Below, one piece after another: positions 1 to 8,784 of a stretch of 35,371 nt of DNA. The translations under genes and the position numbers were made by a program. Each line of letters starts with the position of its first letter. Positions within the stretch are counted from its first letter, which is position 1. The DNA is from a virus (Duplodnaviria > Caudoviricetes): the IMG/VR virus record IMGVR_UViG_3300030095_000481, positions 1-35,371 of that record; one strand, given 5' to 3'. Under the pieces are notes generated by a model, which was given only the letters and a program-made list of their open reading frames with translations, ran no database searches and had not been told where the DNA came from.

Positions 1-172
1 TATATTGGTTAGTATCATACTCAGCTTGTAATTCTAATTGTTTAGATTTTATTTGTTCAATGGATATAGGTTGTGTTCCGTCTAACCAGTTAATTTTATT
101 ATAATCCTCATCATCTAACGAAACTTTTGCATTAGGATTGATTGCTAAAATTGATTTTATTATTGATACCAT
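1..172 (-). CDS. Tail-fibre assembly/chaperone-like protein, 3'-truncated by the window edge; homolog of 33416..33718
   Basis: Manual translation MVSIIKSILAINPNAKVSLDDEDYNKINWLDGTQPISIEQIKSKQLELQAEYDTNQY aligns with AILAINSEAKFSINGEDVNQITW...KQTELQAEYDAKQY. Confidence 0.8.
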   Translation of the reverse strand, partial: MVSIIKSILAINPNAKVSLDDEDYNKINWLDGTQPISIEQIKSKQLELQAEYDTNQY

Positions 173-173
173 A

Positions 174-779
174 TTATGCTCCTATCTCAAATCCATAAAC
201 TCTTGATCTTGTTCTAACTTGATGCACTTGCTCATTATCGGTATCAGGAGTTGATCTATTTAAATATGCAGTACCTTGTGAAATCCATTGAACTTTATAT
301 GTAATTTCAGAAGTTGTATTTGGACTATCTAAATACGTTGCGTGTAATCCGTTATCGTGATTATTATCTGATGTACTATAACTAAAATGAGAAACCAAAG
401 CACCTTGACGATTACTATCACCATCTGCACCTAAATTTGTACTTGTTGCTGATATTGTTCTTACCAACCTAAAAGCGGCACTAACAGAGTCATTTGAACA
501 TTTACCAATACTTAAAGTTAATAAAATTTTATTTGATGTACTAGACGGAGTTATAGTAAATGATAATCCTGTTATATCAGTATAAGTATTTGTTGCCGAT
601 AAACTTGGTCTTGTAGTTATTTCAGCATGTTGTATTTGTAAAAATTTTCCACCTACACCTGATGCTAAATCAGAACTTGTAATAGTTCCATCTGCTATTT
701 TAGCTGATGTAATAATTCCATCTGTAACATCACTTGCAGTTAAAGGTGCTGCTGTTGGTTTCTTACCTATATATCCCAT
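174..779 (-). CDS. Tail-fibre tip/adhesin-like protein (alternative cassette allele)
   Basis: The MGYIGKKP N-terminus resembles 34530..35294. The C-terminal domain (GGKFLQI, DITGLSFTITPSSTSNKIL, YLDSPNTTSEITYKV, EIGA) resembles 33718..34530. Confidence 0.75.
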   Translation of the reverse strand: MGYIGKKPTAAPLTASDVTDGIITSAKIADGTITSSDLASGVGGKFLQIQHAEITTRPSLSATNTYTDITGLSFTITPSSTSNKILLTLSIGKCSNDSVSAAFRLVRTISATSTNLGADGDSNRQGALVSHFSYSTSDNNHDNGLHATYLDSPNTTSEITYKVQWISQGTAYLNRSTPDTDNEQVHQVRTRSRVYGFEIGA

Positions 780-856
780 ATTAATTTACCTCTTATGAAC
801 TGATTGCATCTACTGCCGATACCCATACATCTAATGATGAAGCAGCTGATGAAACT
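771..856. repeat. 86-bp direct repeat, copy 1 (circularisation overlap / cassette branch point)
   Basis: Identical to 35286-35371; the two copies diverge at the third codon position within the MGY(I/V)G codons. Confidence 0.95.
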
Positions 857-1119
857 ACTTTTAAAGCATCGCCTGATTGAACAACAAATTTTGCGCCACC
901 GTCTAATACCTGTAAAGCTGATTTTGACGGAATATCAACATCCTTAACTAAATGAATGTCATTAGATCCATCGTTAATAAAAACTGATGCAGTTACCGCA
1001 GATGCAGTAACATTGGCAACATTAATACCAACGATAGTGTCAAAGCTGTCTGCTGTGAATACCGTAGTATTTCCAGTGCCAACGTTGTTACTCGTATATC
1101 TTCTAAAGTTTTGAGCCAT
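793..1119 (-). CDS. Small beta-rich virion protein, putative tail-fibre adaptor
   Basis: 108 aa, AGAGGA RBS, immediately downstream of the fibre gene that ends in GFAIAMAIAL. Confidence 0.65.
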   Translation of the reverse strand: MAQNFRRYTSNNVGTGNTTVFTADSFDTIVGINVANVTASAVTASVFINDGSNDIHLVKDVDIPSKSALQVLDGGAKFVVQSGDALKVVSSAASSLDVWVSAVDAISS

Positions 1120-1140
1120 TTTTTTTTCCTCTTGTTATTG

Positions 1141-2229
1141 TTAAAGTGCAATCGCCATTGCAATCGCAAATCCTGGTGAAGCAAACGATGAACTGTCTAA
1201 AGCTGCATCTTGCCAAGCAGATCCTGAATAGACACGTAAGGTATTGCTGCTACTGTTAAAGTATAAATCGCCTGCATTTAAAGCGTCACCATCATTGTCC
1301 ACGGTTGGATCTGATGATTTTGCTCCTAAGTAAGTGTCATCAAAATTATCTGCACTGGCTGCTGCTGCTGTCGCTGAAGCTGCTGCTGCTGTGGCAGAGT
1401 TTGCTGAGTTAGTCGCTTGCGTAGAAGCTGTCGATGCAGATGAAGAAGCATTCGATGCTTGCGTTGAAGCTGTCGATGCTGAGCTTGCTGCTGCTGTAGC
1501 GCTTGAGGCTGCAGCGGTTGCTGACGTTGCAGCTGCTGAAGCTGATGTCGTTGCTGATGCAGCATCTACTAATAGATCCCATTTTGCGCTATCAGTGTTA
1601 GTTGTTAGCGGTTGAGATCCTGACGATGTGTGAGCCGTGTTGGCTATAAAAATATTGTTTGTGGAAGTATCTTTAACGATGTCTCTTCCTTGATAACTTG
1701 TAGAAGCGGACCAGTTACCTTTAAAAGTTCCAAGTTCTTGAGTTACAGATATTTCACCGTTAGCATCAAAAGCTAAAATTTTAGAAGCACGATCAGTTGC
1801 ACCTACAGTAAATTCTGTAGATGTCATTGTATTAGTTTTTGAAATTTTTATTGATCGATCAACTTCTTCTTTAATTTCTTGAGCAATAGAAGTAACTTTA
1901 TCTAAAGCATCTTCTAAAGTATCTGCTGGTAAAGGATCGTTCTCAATTAAATCAACACCTTGAGTTTTAGGTGTGTCTCTTCTTAAAAGAACAGTTTCAC
2001 CGCTCGCAGGAACATTTCCAGTAGTAAAAGTAACGCTTCCTCCGTTAGCAGCACCAACACCACTGACAGTATAGTGAGTTGAAATCGTTTTCGTAGTTTC
2101 CGTACCATCACTGCTCCTTATTATTACATCAATGTCGTCTTGATCTGTTATTTTAAAAGTATAAGTGAAAGCTGTTGTAGAGCCGTCACCGCTGTAGCTA
2201 TTTTTAATTGTTGTAGTCGATATTGTCAT
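1141..2229 (-). CDS. Tail fibre protein with T7 gp17-like N-terminal attachment domain
   Basis: SYSGDGSTTAFTYTFKI...VLLRRDTP...LEDALDK N-domain, Ala/Ser/Thr-rich stalk repeats, GDLYFNS motif. Confidence 0.85.
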   Translation of the reverse strand: MTISTTTIKNSYSGDGSTTAFTYTFKITDQDDIDVIIRSSDGTETTKTISTHYTVSGVGAANGGSVTFTTGNVPASGETVLLRRDTPKTQGVDLIENDPLPADTLEDALDKVTSIAQEIKEEVDRSIKISKTNTMTSTEFTVGATDRASKILAFDANGEISVTQELGTFKGNWSASTSYQGRDIVKDTSTNNIFIANTAHTSSGSQPLTTNTDSAKWDLLVDAASATTSASAAATSATAAASSATAAASSASTASTQASNASSSASTASTQATNSANSATAAAASATAAAASADNFDDTYLGAKSSDPTVDNDGDALNAGDLYFNSSSNTLRVYSGSAWQDAALDSSSFASPGFAIAMAIAL

Positions 2230-5059
2230 TTGTTTGCTCGTTTATAAATTCGTAGTCACTTGTATTTTTAAGTGGCTCACCGAAATTTTTAGTTGTTGCT
2301 TTTTCTGTTAAGATATTATCTCTCTCATCAGATATTCTTTTGAGAGTTTCTTCTGATTTTTCCCACGCACCTAATCCGTTATCACCTCCTATCATATCAT
2401 TGTATGCAGCTTGTCTTGCCTTGCTAACAGCTTTTTTGATTGCGTTTTGTTTTAAAAAGTTATCTGCATCTTGATATTCAATGCTATCAAGTAATTCTTC
2501 TTCAATTATTTGTTTTGTATATTGACCTGATCTTTTTTGTAAAAAACTTAATTCTTCTGATGTATATTCAACAGTAGCTGATAAACCACCTATGTTAAAA
2601 GATTTACCTCTTTTAACTGGTATGATTTGCACATTTGTATTTACTAATTCGTCTCTTACTCTGTCTTTTTTTTCTTTTGTATAAACACCCCAGCCTTCAA
2701 CTTCATCACCAAGATAATCATATTGTTTATTTAAGTTTTTAAAATTTAATCTTTTCTTAATGTATTCGTCTATTTCTACTGCAAGCTTTTGATTATTTTC
2801 ATCTTGATAAGCACCTTTAATTTTTCCAATTTGAGAAACAAAGCCTGAGCCTGGAAAAGTAGATGTAACCATTCCTTGAAACATTCTCTCACCACCTTTT
2901 GCTGCTCCAAGTTGTTTGAAGTTTTGGTAATCATTAAATGCTTTACCTACTCCTGACATAAATGTTGAAGATGCTAAGTTCTCACCTGCTGATAACACAA
3001 ACGATGTCAACATTCGTAAGTAATCTCTAGCTTCGTCATTATCTTGAAAGCCCATTTGTAAGATCTCTGACAAATCAGCTGCTTGTTTAAACATCATCGC
3101 AACTGGATCAAACAATACATTTGAAACATTTACTCTGTAAGTCTCACCATCATAAGGAATGTTTATTGTGCCAGTTCCAATACCTAGCGTTTTTTTCATT
3201 CCATACTTTCCACGATCTGCATCGACAGCAAGTTTTGGTGAAGTACCAGTAGCATAACCACCGTAATTCATTCCCATCACTGAAAGATAAAAAGCAAAAC
3301 CAGTCATCATTTTAGCTTTAGCTTTTTGAGCAAGAACTGGATTGTTGCCCATTATATCTTCTCTGTATTTTTTTAATAATAAGTTTGCACCTGGTGTTCT
3401 TTCTAATGCAAAACCTACTACGTTTGTTGGTGTTTGAATAAATGGTAAATAATAATTAACTAAAAAATTTGCTGGTCCTAAAGTTTTTTTTGTTTTTAAC
3501 TTTTGTAAGATCTGACCTAAATCTAAGAAGTCACCTCTAGTTCCCATCTTAGTTTGAAAGGTTACATACTTTGCACTTTCAAATGCTTCTTCGGTCATAC
3601 TCTTAGTTGGATTAACAACTAAGTCAGCCAAATACTCAGGTGCTCTATCAGCTTTTAAAACTCCATCATCAATTTTTTGTAAAGTCTGTCTATATGCCAT
3701 TGCATAAAGTTCAGATCTGTATTCTAAATTTTTAAAATAATTATCAGCTACAGTTAGAAATTTTGTAGGTATTCTATCTAAAGTAAGTATCTTACCTGCC
3801 ATATCTAAGAAGTCTGCTTGTTTAGATCCTTCTGCAGCGTTAAATGTAGCAGCTGAAAACTTATGTGATCTTGTTTCAACCTTAGATCCTTGGATCATAC
3901 TTTGGATGTTAAGTTTTTCTGATAAAGTTCCTGCTCTACCTATTGCAGCCCACATTTCTTGAAAGGCTTGAGTTTTGCCATAAGCTTTAGCAATATCCTC
4001 ATACTTTGCTATTCCGCCTTTTTGTGTGCCACCATAAACTCTTGCAGCTAAAGTATTCTCAACTTGATTAATTCCTTGAGTAATCCAGTTACCAGCAGTG
4101 TTTCTAACGTGTGTAAAAGGATTTGATAATATTGCATTTATAAAAACTTCAGAGAAAGCTTCAGAAATATTAGTTAAAGTACCAACGCCTTCAACTGCTT
4201 TTACTCTTCCTTTGCCACTTTTAATTTGTTTTAGGTAAACTTTAGCAAAACTTCTTATCTCTTCTTCACCACCAATTTCTATTAAGAAATCATCTTTATT
4301 TAATTTTTCAACATCTACAGCTCCAAACTTATTAGTGCCTGATGTTTTAATACTAAACTGTTGTAGCGCTCTTGCAGTTTCTGTTTGAACACCTTTTAAA
4401 ATTTTAGTTAACTCTGATGTAAGAGCCATATGCTGTCTAAATTTTAAGACATCATCTGGTGAACCAGTAATTGCTTTATTAGCAAGTTGATCTAATTTAG
4501 AAAAAGAAGCTTCAACTAATTCTCTCGTTGCTAAAATATATTCAGCATTTAGCGTGTCACCTTTTTTTAGGTTTAGCAAAGTATTAGTAAGTTTCTGAGT
4601 ATCTTTTTGTAAGAAGCTAGCTAATGCTTTTGTTTCTTCTTCAGTTTGTTTTCCTCTTTTTCTTTTACCAATATCTTTTGCGTATTTTTTCGAGACTTCA
4701 TCTATAAATTTTACGATGTCATCTTTGCTATTCATCTTGTCGATATTAAAATCGTCAAGCATTTTAGGAGTAATCTTTCCTCCAGCTTTTACTTTAAAAA
4801 TTATATCGTCAGCTCTAGCATTAGGTTTAGGTGGATCAATTTTTGTTTTTACTGTTGCAGTAAGTTCTTTATCTATAACTGCACCAGCTTCTTCACCATC
4901 TACTTTTACTGGTGTTTTATCTTTAGATAAAAGTTTGTCTCTTCTACTTTTAGTATTAGGACCTATGATCTTTGTATCAATTATTGTTTGTGCTTTATCT
5001 AAAAGATCTTTTGCTTCAGACTTCGAGACTTGGCTCGTAATCGTTCTTATATTAACCAT
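2204..5059 (-). CDS. Large internal virion (ejection) protein, T7 gp16-like position
   Basis: 951 aa, helical, with LSNPFTHVRN and PFIQTPTN motifs typical of podovirus ejection proteins; lies just before the fibre gene. Confidence 0.7.
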   Translation of the reverse strand: MVNIRTITSQVSKSEAKDLLDKAQTIIDTKIIGPNTKSRRDKLLSKDKTPVKVDGEEAGAVIDKELTATVKTKIDPPKPNARADDIIFKVKAGGKITPKMLDDFNIDKMNSKDDIVKFIDEVSKKYAKDIGKRKRGKQTEEETKALASFLQKDTQKLTNTLLNLKKGDTLNAEYILATRELVEASFSKLDQLANKAITGSPDDVLKFRQHMALTSELTKILKGVQTETARALQQFSIKTSGTNKFGAVDVEKLNKDDFLIEIGGEEEIRSFAKVYLKQIKSGKGRVKAVEGVGTLTNISEAFSEVFINAILSNPFTHVRNTAGNWITQGINQVENTLAARVYGGTQKGGIAKYEDIAKAYGKTQAFQEMWAAIGRAGTLSEKLNIQSMIQGSKVETRSHKFSAATFNAAEGSKQADFLDMAGKILTLDRIPTKFLTVADNYFKNLEYRSELYAMAYRQTLQKIDDGVLKADRAPEYLADLVVNPTKSMTEEAFESAKYVTFQTKMGTRGDFLDLGQILQKLKTKKTLGPANFLVNYYLPFIQTPTNVVGFALERTPGANLLLKKYREDIMGNNPVLAQKAKAKMMTGFAFYLSVMGMNYGGYATGTSPKLAVDADRGKYGMKKTLGIGTGTINIPYDGETYRVNVSNVLFDPVAMMFKQAADLSEILQMGFQDNDEARDYLRMLTSFVLSAGENLASSTFMSGVGKAFNDYQNFKQLGAAKGGERMFQGMVTSTFPGSGFVSQIGKIKGAYQDENNQKLAVEIDEYIKKRLNFKNLNKQYDYLGDEVEGWGVYTKEKKDRVRDELVNTNVQIIPVKRGKSFNIGGLSATVEYTSEELSFLQKRSGQYTKQIIEEELLDSIEYQDADNFLKQNAIKKAVSKARQAAYNDMIGGDNGLGAWEKSEETLKRISDERDNILTEKATTKNFGEPLKNTSDYEFINEQTNDNIDYNN

Positions 5060-5065
5060 TATGTA

Positions 5066-5102
5066 AATTTACTTGTTGAGAAAAAACAAATATCTGAGGA
5101 TA
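5066..5102 (-). promoter_or_regulatory. Putative activator-dependent late promoter (TATCCTCA motif plus TAAATT -10)
   Basis: 5082-5102 matches 19157-19177 at 18 of 21 positions; TAAATT (5071-5066) lies 6 nt before the ATG at 5059. Confidence 0.45.
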
Positions 5103-5158
5103 GTTATTTCTTACTCTTTTTCTGTTGTTTGTGAAATATTATTGTTTCCGATACTTTC

Positions 5159-6262
5159 TTATCTAGCTTTACCTAGAGTATCACCTTTGTTGGTATCGAT
5201 ACCTTGAGATTTTAAAAATTCACCTGCTTTTGCTGCAGCTTGACCTGTTGCTTTAATAGCTTCAGGTGACAAGTTAGGTCTTTTCAATAATGTTTTTATC
5301 TCTTCATCTGAACCAGTGTATTCATTAGTCTCAATGTTATAACGATCATTGCCAGTAATTAATAAGGCTTGACCATAATCTATGCCTTTGTCTTTAGATA
5401 ATTTCTCAGCTGCTTGTCTTCTTTTTTCTGTTTCGATTGCGCCAAAAGGTTTTTCACCTGCTGCTGCTGCATCTACAGCTGCGCCTGCTGCTGCAGCTCC
5501 ACCTACAGATACTGCTGCTTGATCTGCTCTTCTAAATTTTTTTATATTTTTTATTATCGGAAATATCTTATCCAAAGCTATTCCCATTGCTCCAAACTCT
5601 AAAGCTTGAACTGTTTTATCAAATAATTCATCTGCTGGTGTATCGTCATCTATACCAACTGCTGTTTTCAAACCATTAATAGCATCAGTATCAACCATAA
5701 AACTTGCCTTCTTATCAAAAGCTAAAGTAGATCCTAAAGCAAAAGATACTGGTAAAGCATATTGTTTAGGAATACCGATCGATTTTACTTTCTTATAAAT
5801 TGGATAAACGAAAGCAGCATCTTGTCCTAAAGCTCCAATAATTCTTGTTGTTAATGGATCGTCTTTATCAATCTCATTCAAGCTTTTCTGTTGAGCTTCT
5901 ATTCTTTCATCAACAAATTTAAATACGCTATCTTCAGGAACTTTTCTATTTCCATAAGTAGCAAAAGCAGCAACATCATTAACAAAGTCAAATCCGTTCA
6001 TACCGCCTCTAACAACTGATACAACAAGATCTCTTGGCATAGCTTTGATGTATTCCATAACATCCATACCTAAAGTTCTTTTCTCATCATCAGTAACTTC
6101 ACCAAGTTTAACTTCGCCACTTGCTGGATGAACTGCATTACCTTCTAGCTCAGCTGTATCTACATTATTATCTTTTAATAATTTATACTCTTTGCTGGTC
6201 AGCATATTTTCTTGATTTAAAAGAGGTATGTAAAACTCATCTATAATATTTATATCAGCCAT
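5159..6262 (-). CDS. Internal virion (ejection) protein
   Basis: 367 aa within the ejection gene block; hydrophobic Gly/Ala-rich segments. Confidence 0.6.
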   Translation of the reverse strand: MADINIIDEFYIPLLNQENMLTSKEYKLLKDNNVDTAELEGNAVHPASGEVKLGEVTDDEKRTLGMDVMEYIKAMPRDLVVSVVRGGMNGFDFVNDVAAFATYGNRKVPEDSVFKFVDERIEAQQKSLNEIDKDDPLTTRIIGALGQDAAFVYPIYKKVKSIGIPKQYALPVSFALGSTLAFDKKASFMVDTDAINGLKTAVGIDDDTPADELFDKTVQALEFGAMGIALDKIFPIIKNIKKFRRADQAAVSVGGAAAAGAAVDAAAAGEKPFGAIETEKRRQAAEKLSKDKGIDYGQALLITGNDRYNIETNEYTGSDEEIKTLLKRPNLSPEAIKATGQAAAKAGEFLKSQGIDTNKGDTLGKAR

Positions 6263-7883
6263 CTTTTTTAATTCTTCCTAAACCGCCCATATATTTAAAA
6301 GATCCATCAGCATTTGTTTTATCACCAAAGATATTTTTTCTAGTACTTAATACATCAAACATAAAATCTAATCTCTTGATGCTTTCTTTGTAAGTTCTTA
6401 TGTCTATCTTTTTTTCTTTTAGCTGCTGTACAATTCTTTTCTCAAAAGCATCTTGAGCAGTATCAGGATTTTTATTAATTACTTGTTTGAAATCTGTAAT
6501 ATTTATAAAAGCAGGCATTGGTAATTTTTCTGGTTTAGGTAGATCTTTCTCAGCGTAAGTATAAATAGTTTTTAAGTAAGCATCCTGAGCTGACAAACCA
6601 CTATTAATATATTTGTTATATTGCTTTATAGCTTCACCTGACTTTTCTTTTGCCTCTGCTCTTTTTGCAGTAGCATTTAAAACCATAAGACCAAAATCGC
6701 CCATATCTTTCTTGATCTTGTCTTGATAGATTTTGTAATCGTTAAATCCATCTGTATCGCCTCTATATTTTTCTATAATTTTATGAAACTCAACAACTTG
6801 GTCTGGTGGTACTCCTTTTAATATATCTTTATCGTTGTTAAGAGCATCTTGAATAACATCTAAATCAGAAACAGAGGAAGCTACTGCTAACTGAGCGTTG
6901 ATTACATTTACTAATTCTGGATCTTCAAAAGTTTCATCTGAAGCATAGAAAGAAACTAGAGCATTATACTGTGCAGTATTTATAGATCTTATTTGATATA
7001 GATCGTGGATCTCATCTAAAGTAATATTTTTTGATCCATCTGCTATTTTAGATTTATTTAAGTTATCAATAATACTAGAGAAATTTTCTAATTGAGTTCT
7101 AACAGTTGCTCTTTCTTCGTTAAGTTGTAACTCTTCTTCTTGAATAACATCACTAATTAATTTTGCTCTACCTTTTTCTAAAAGGCTTTTGCCACCTATT
7201 GGACCAAATCTTTTAAGAATGTCTGCTCTAGTATCATTATCTAAAATATCTATATCTCGATTATCAATACCTTTGATGTAAATATTTTTTAAGTAAAGTA
7301 AATCTTTTTTCTTTTTAATCTCACCTAATTTTTTTTCACCGTAAAACTGATAATTCTCAGGTGAGCTAAAAAAAGCTTTATACATTCTGTCACCTTCGTT
7401 TCTATCAACTTTATTATCGCTTGTAGCTTTAGTGATGTAACTGTCTAATTCTTTATTTTTTCTATCTTCAGATTGTAAGATAGATCTGTTTAATATTTCT
7501 TTACCAAGCGTAAGACTTGTAGAATTTTTTTTCTTTCTAATATATTTATCTACTAATTTATTGACTGACTTGTTTGATCCTTCAAATTCTATTTCATCAA
7601 GATCATTTCCATATTGAATTACATCGGTAGATTTCGTGCTTCTTTTATACTTACCATATATATCTGTAATTTTATTATTTACTCCAGTAATAATATCAGC
7701 TGCTTCGTTAGCATCTTCTTCAACTTTATTTTCTAAAGCGACAGCTTCAACTGCTTTTCCAAAAGATGATATACCTTTACCTAACTGAGTAGCTGCACTT
7801 AATGGTACTAAAGCTCCTGATACATCAGGTGTGCCTGGTGTTCTTGGACTTCCTTGAACTTGAAATATTTTTATCTTTGCCAT
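6255..7883 (-). CDS. Internal virion protein, T7 gp15-like position
   Basis: 542 aa, MAKIKIFQ start followed by a QLGKGISSFG segment and a helical body; gene order. Confidence 0.6.
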   Translation of the reverse strand: MAKIKIFQVQGSPRTPGTPDVSGALVPLSAATQLGKGISSFGKAVEAVALENKVEEDANEAADIITGVNNKITDIYGKYKRSTKSTDVIQYGNDLDEIEFEGSNKSVNKLVDKYIRKKKNSTSLTLGKEILNRSILQSEDRKNKELDSYITKATSDNKVDRNEGDRMYKAFFSSPENYQFYGEKKLGEIKKKKDLLYLKNIYIKGIDNRDIDILDNDTRADILKRFGPIGGKSLLEKGRAKLISDVIQEEELQLNEERATVRTQLENFSSIIDNLNKSKIADGSKNITLDEIHDLYQIRSINTAQYNALVSFYASDETFEDPELVNVINAQLAVASSVSDLDVIQDALNNDKDILKGVPPDQVVEFHKIIEKYRGDTDGFNDYKIYQDKIKKDMGDFGLMVLNATAKRAEAKEKSGEAIKQYNKYINSGLSAQDAYLKTIYTYAEKDLPKPEKLPMPAFINITDFKQVINKNPDTAQDAFEKRIVQQLKEKKIDIRTYKESIKRLDFMFDVLSTRKNIFGDKTNADGSFKYMGGLGRIKKDG

Positions 7884-8335
7884 TATATCAAATCAAAATT
7901 GTTTGCTGTTGATAGTAAAGATCCTGCTGCTTTATAGTATTCTGTTCTTGCAGTTAATTGACCTTTGTATAATTCACCTCTACCTCTAGCTGCTAAAAGT
8001 AAAGATTGATTAGTTAATTCAGTTTGATCCATTTCCTGATTGAAATCTCTCATCGCTAGATCTGTTGCTCTGTTGTAAGAGTTTTCAAGTAGAACTAAAT
8101 AAGGACTTTCATCATTTCTAATTTCAGCTCCTGAGTTTATAAAAGTAACAAAATCACTTGCATTATCTTTTTTAAATCTTTTTACTAAAATAGGTCTTGT
8201 AAATTCCTTATAGCTTTTTGCATTTATTTTTCTTTTAGCGTTACTATAAGAAACCTGCTGCTGAATAACTGAATTGTTATACTTACTTATTGCTTTTGCT
8301 GATTGTGCTGCTGCTATGTTACCTAAAAAACTCAT
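7883..8335 (-). CDS. Internal virion protein, T7 gp14-like
   Basis: 150 aa, Ala/Gly-rich ends and a central NSGA..ESP motif; follows the gp13-like gene. Confidence 0.6.
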   Translation of the reverse strand: MSFLGNIAAAQSAKAISKYNNSVIQQQVSYSNAKRKINAKSYKEFTRPILVKRFKKDNASDFVTFINSGAEIRNDESPYLVLLENSYNRATDLAMRDFNQEMDQTELTNQSLLLAARGRGELYKGQLTARTEYYKAAGSLLSTANNFDLI

Positions 8336-8784
8336 TTGTATATTTTTGCCATCCTAAAGTAATCTGTTTTATCAGGTCCATATTTTTCCATAAGACCTTC
8401 TTTTTTTAATCCTAAAAATTCTGCAAATCTTACACCTATAGCGAAGTTTGCTTTGACTGCAGTCTGCAATCGCCAAATTTTATTATTGCTACAAAGCAAG
8501 TCAGTTCTTTTTCTAATTAGTCTTGCTGCTTTGATTTTATTTTGAAGTATTCTTTTGCTTGAGATAACCCAGCCTTCAGCCACTCCACTCCATAGTGGAC
8601 ACACGCCACCAGAAACAACAGGCTTACTATTGTATAGTAGAGTGTAAGATAACCCAGGTGTTGCAAAGTCAATCCTATTTTCTTCATATTCTGCATCGCC
8701 ATCCATTAATTTATCGTTAAGCCCAAACTCGATCATAAATTCACCGTGTTCAGGTTGGTAAGGAACAATCTCGTAATTATCCAT
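8332..8784 (-). CDS. GNAT-fold acetyltransferase-like virion assembly protein (T7 gp13-like)
   Basis: GGVCPLWSGVAEGW and RLQTAVKANFAIGVRFAEFLGLKKEG motifs; the ATG at 8784 is preferred as start. Confidence 0.75.
   Translation of the reverse strand: MDNYEIVPYQPEHGEFMIEFGLNDKLMDGDAEYEENRIDFATPGLSYTLLYNSKPVVSGGVCPLWSGVAEGWVISSKRILQNKIKAARLIRKRTDLLCSNNKIWRLQTAVKANFAIGVRFAEFLGLKKEGLMEKYGPDKTDYFRMAKIYK

Noticed and set aside
1326-1615. Gln-rich and Ala-rich ORFs (1326..1565 minus, 1334..1615 plus)
   Set aside because: Alternative-frame and antisense shadows of the GCA/TCA/ACA repeats in the fibre stalk.
5060-5161. Readthrough fusion of the 367-aa and 951-aa genes
   Set aside because: They are in frame, but further in-frame stops (e.g. 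TAA at 5113-5111) intervene and a promoter-like motif occupies the gap.
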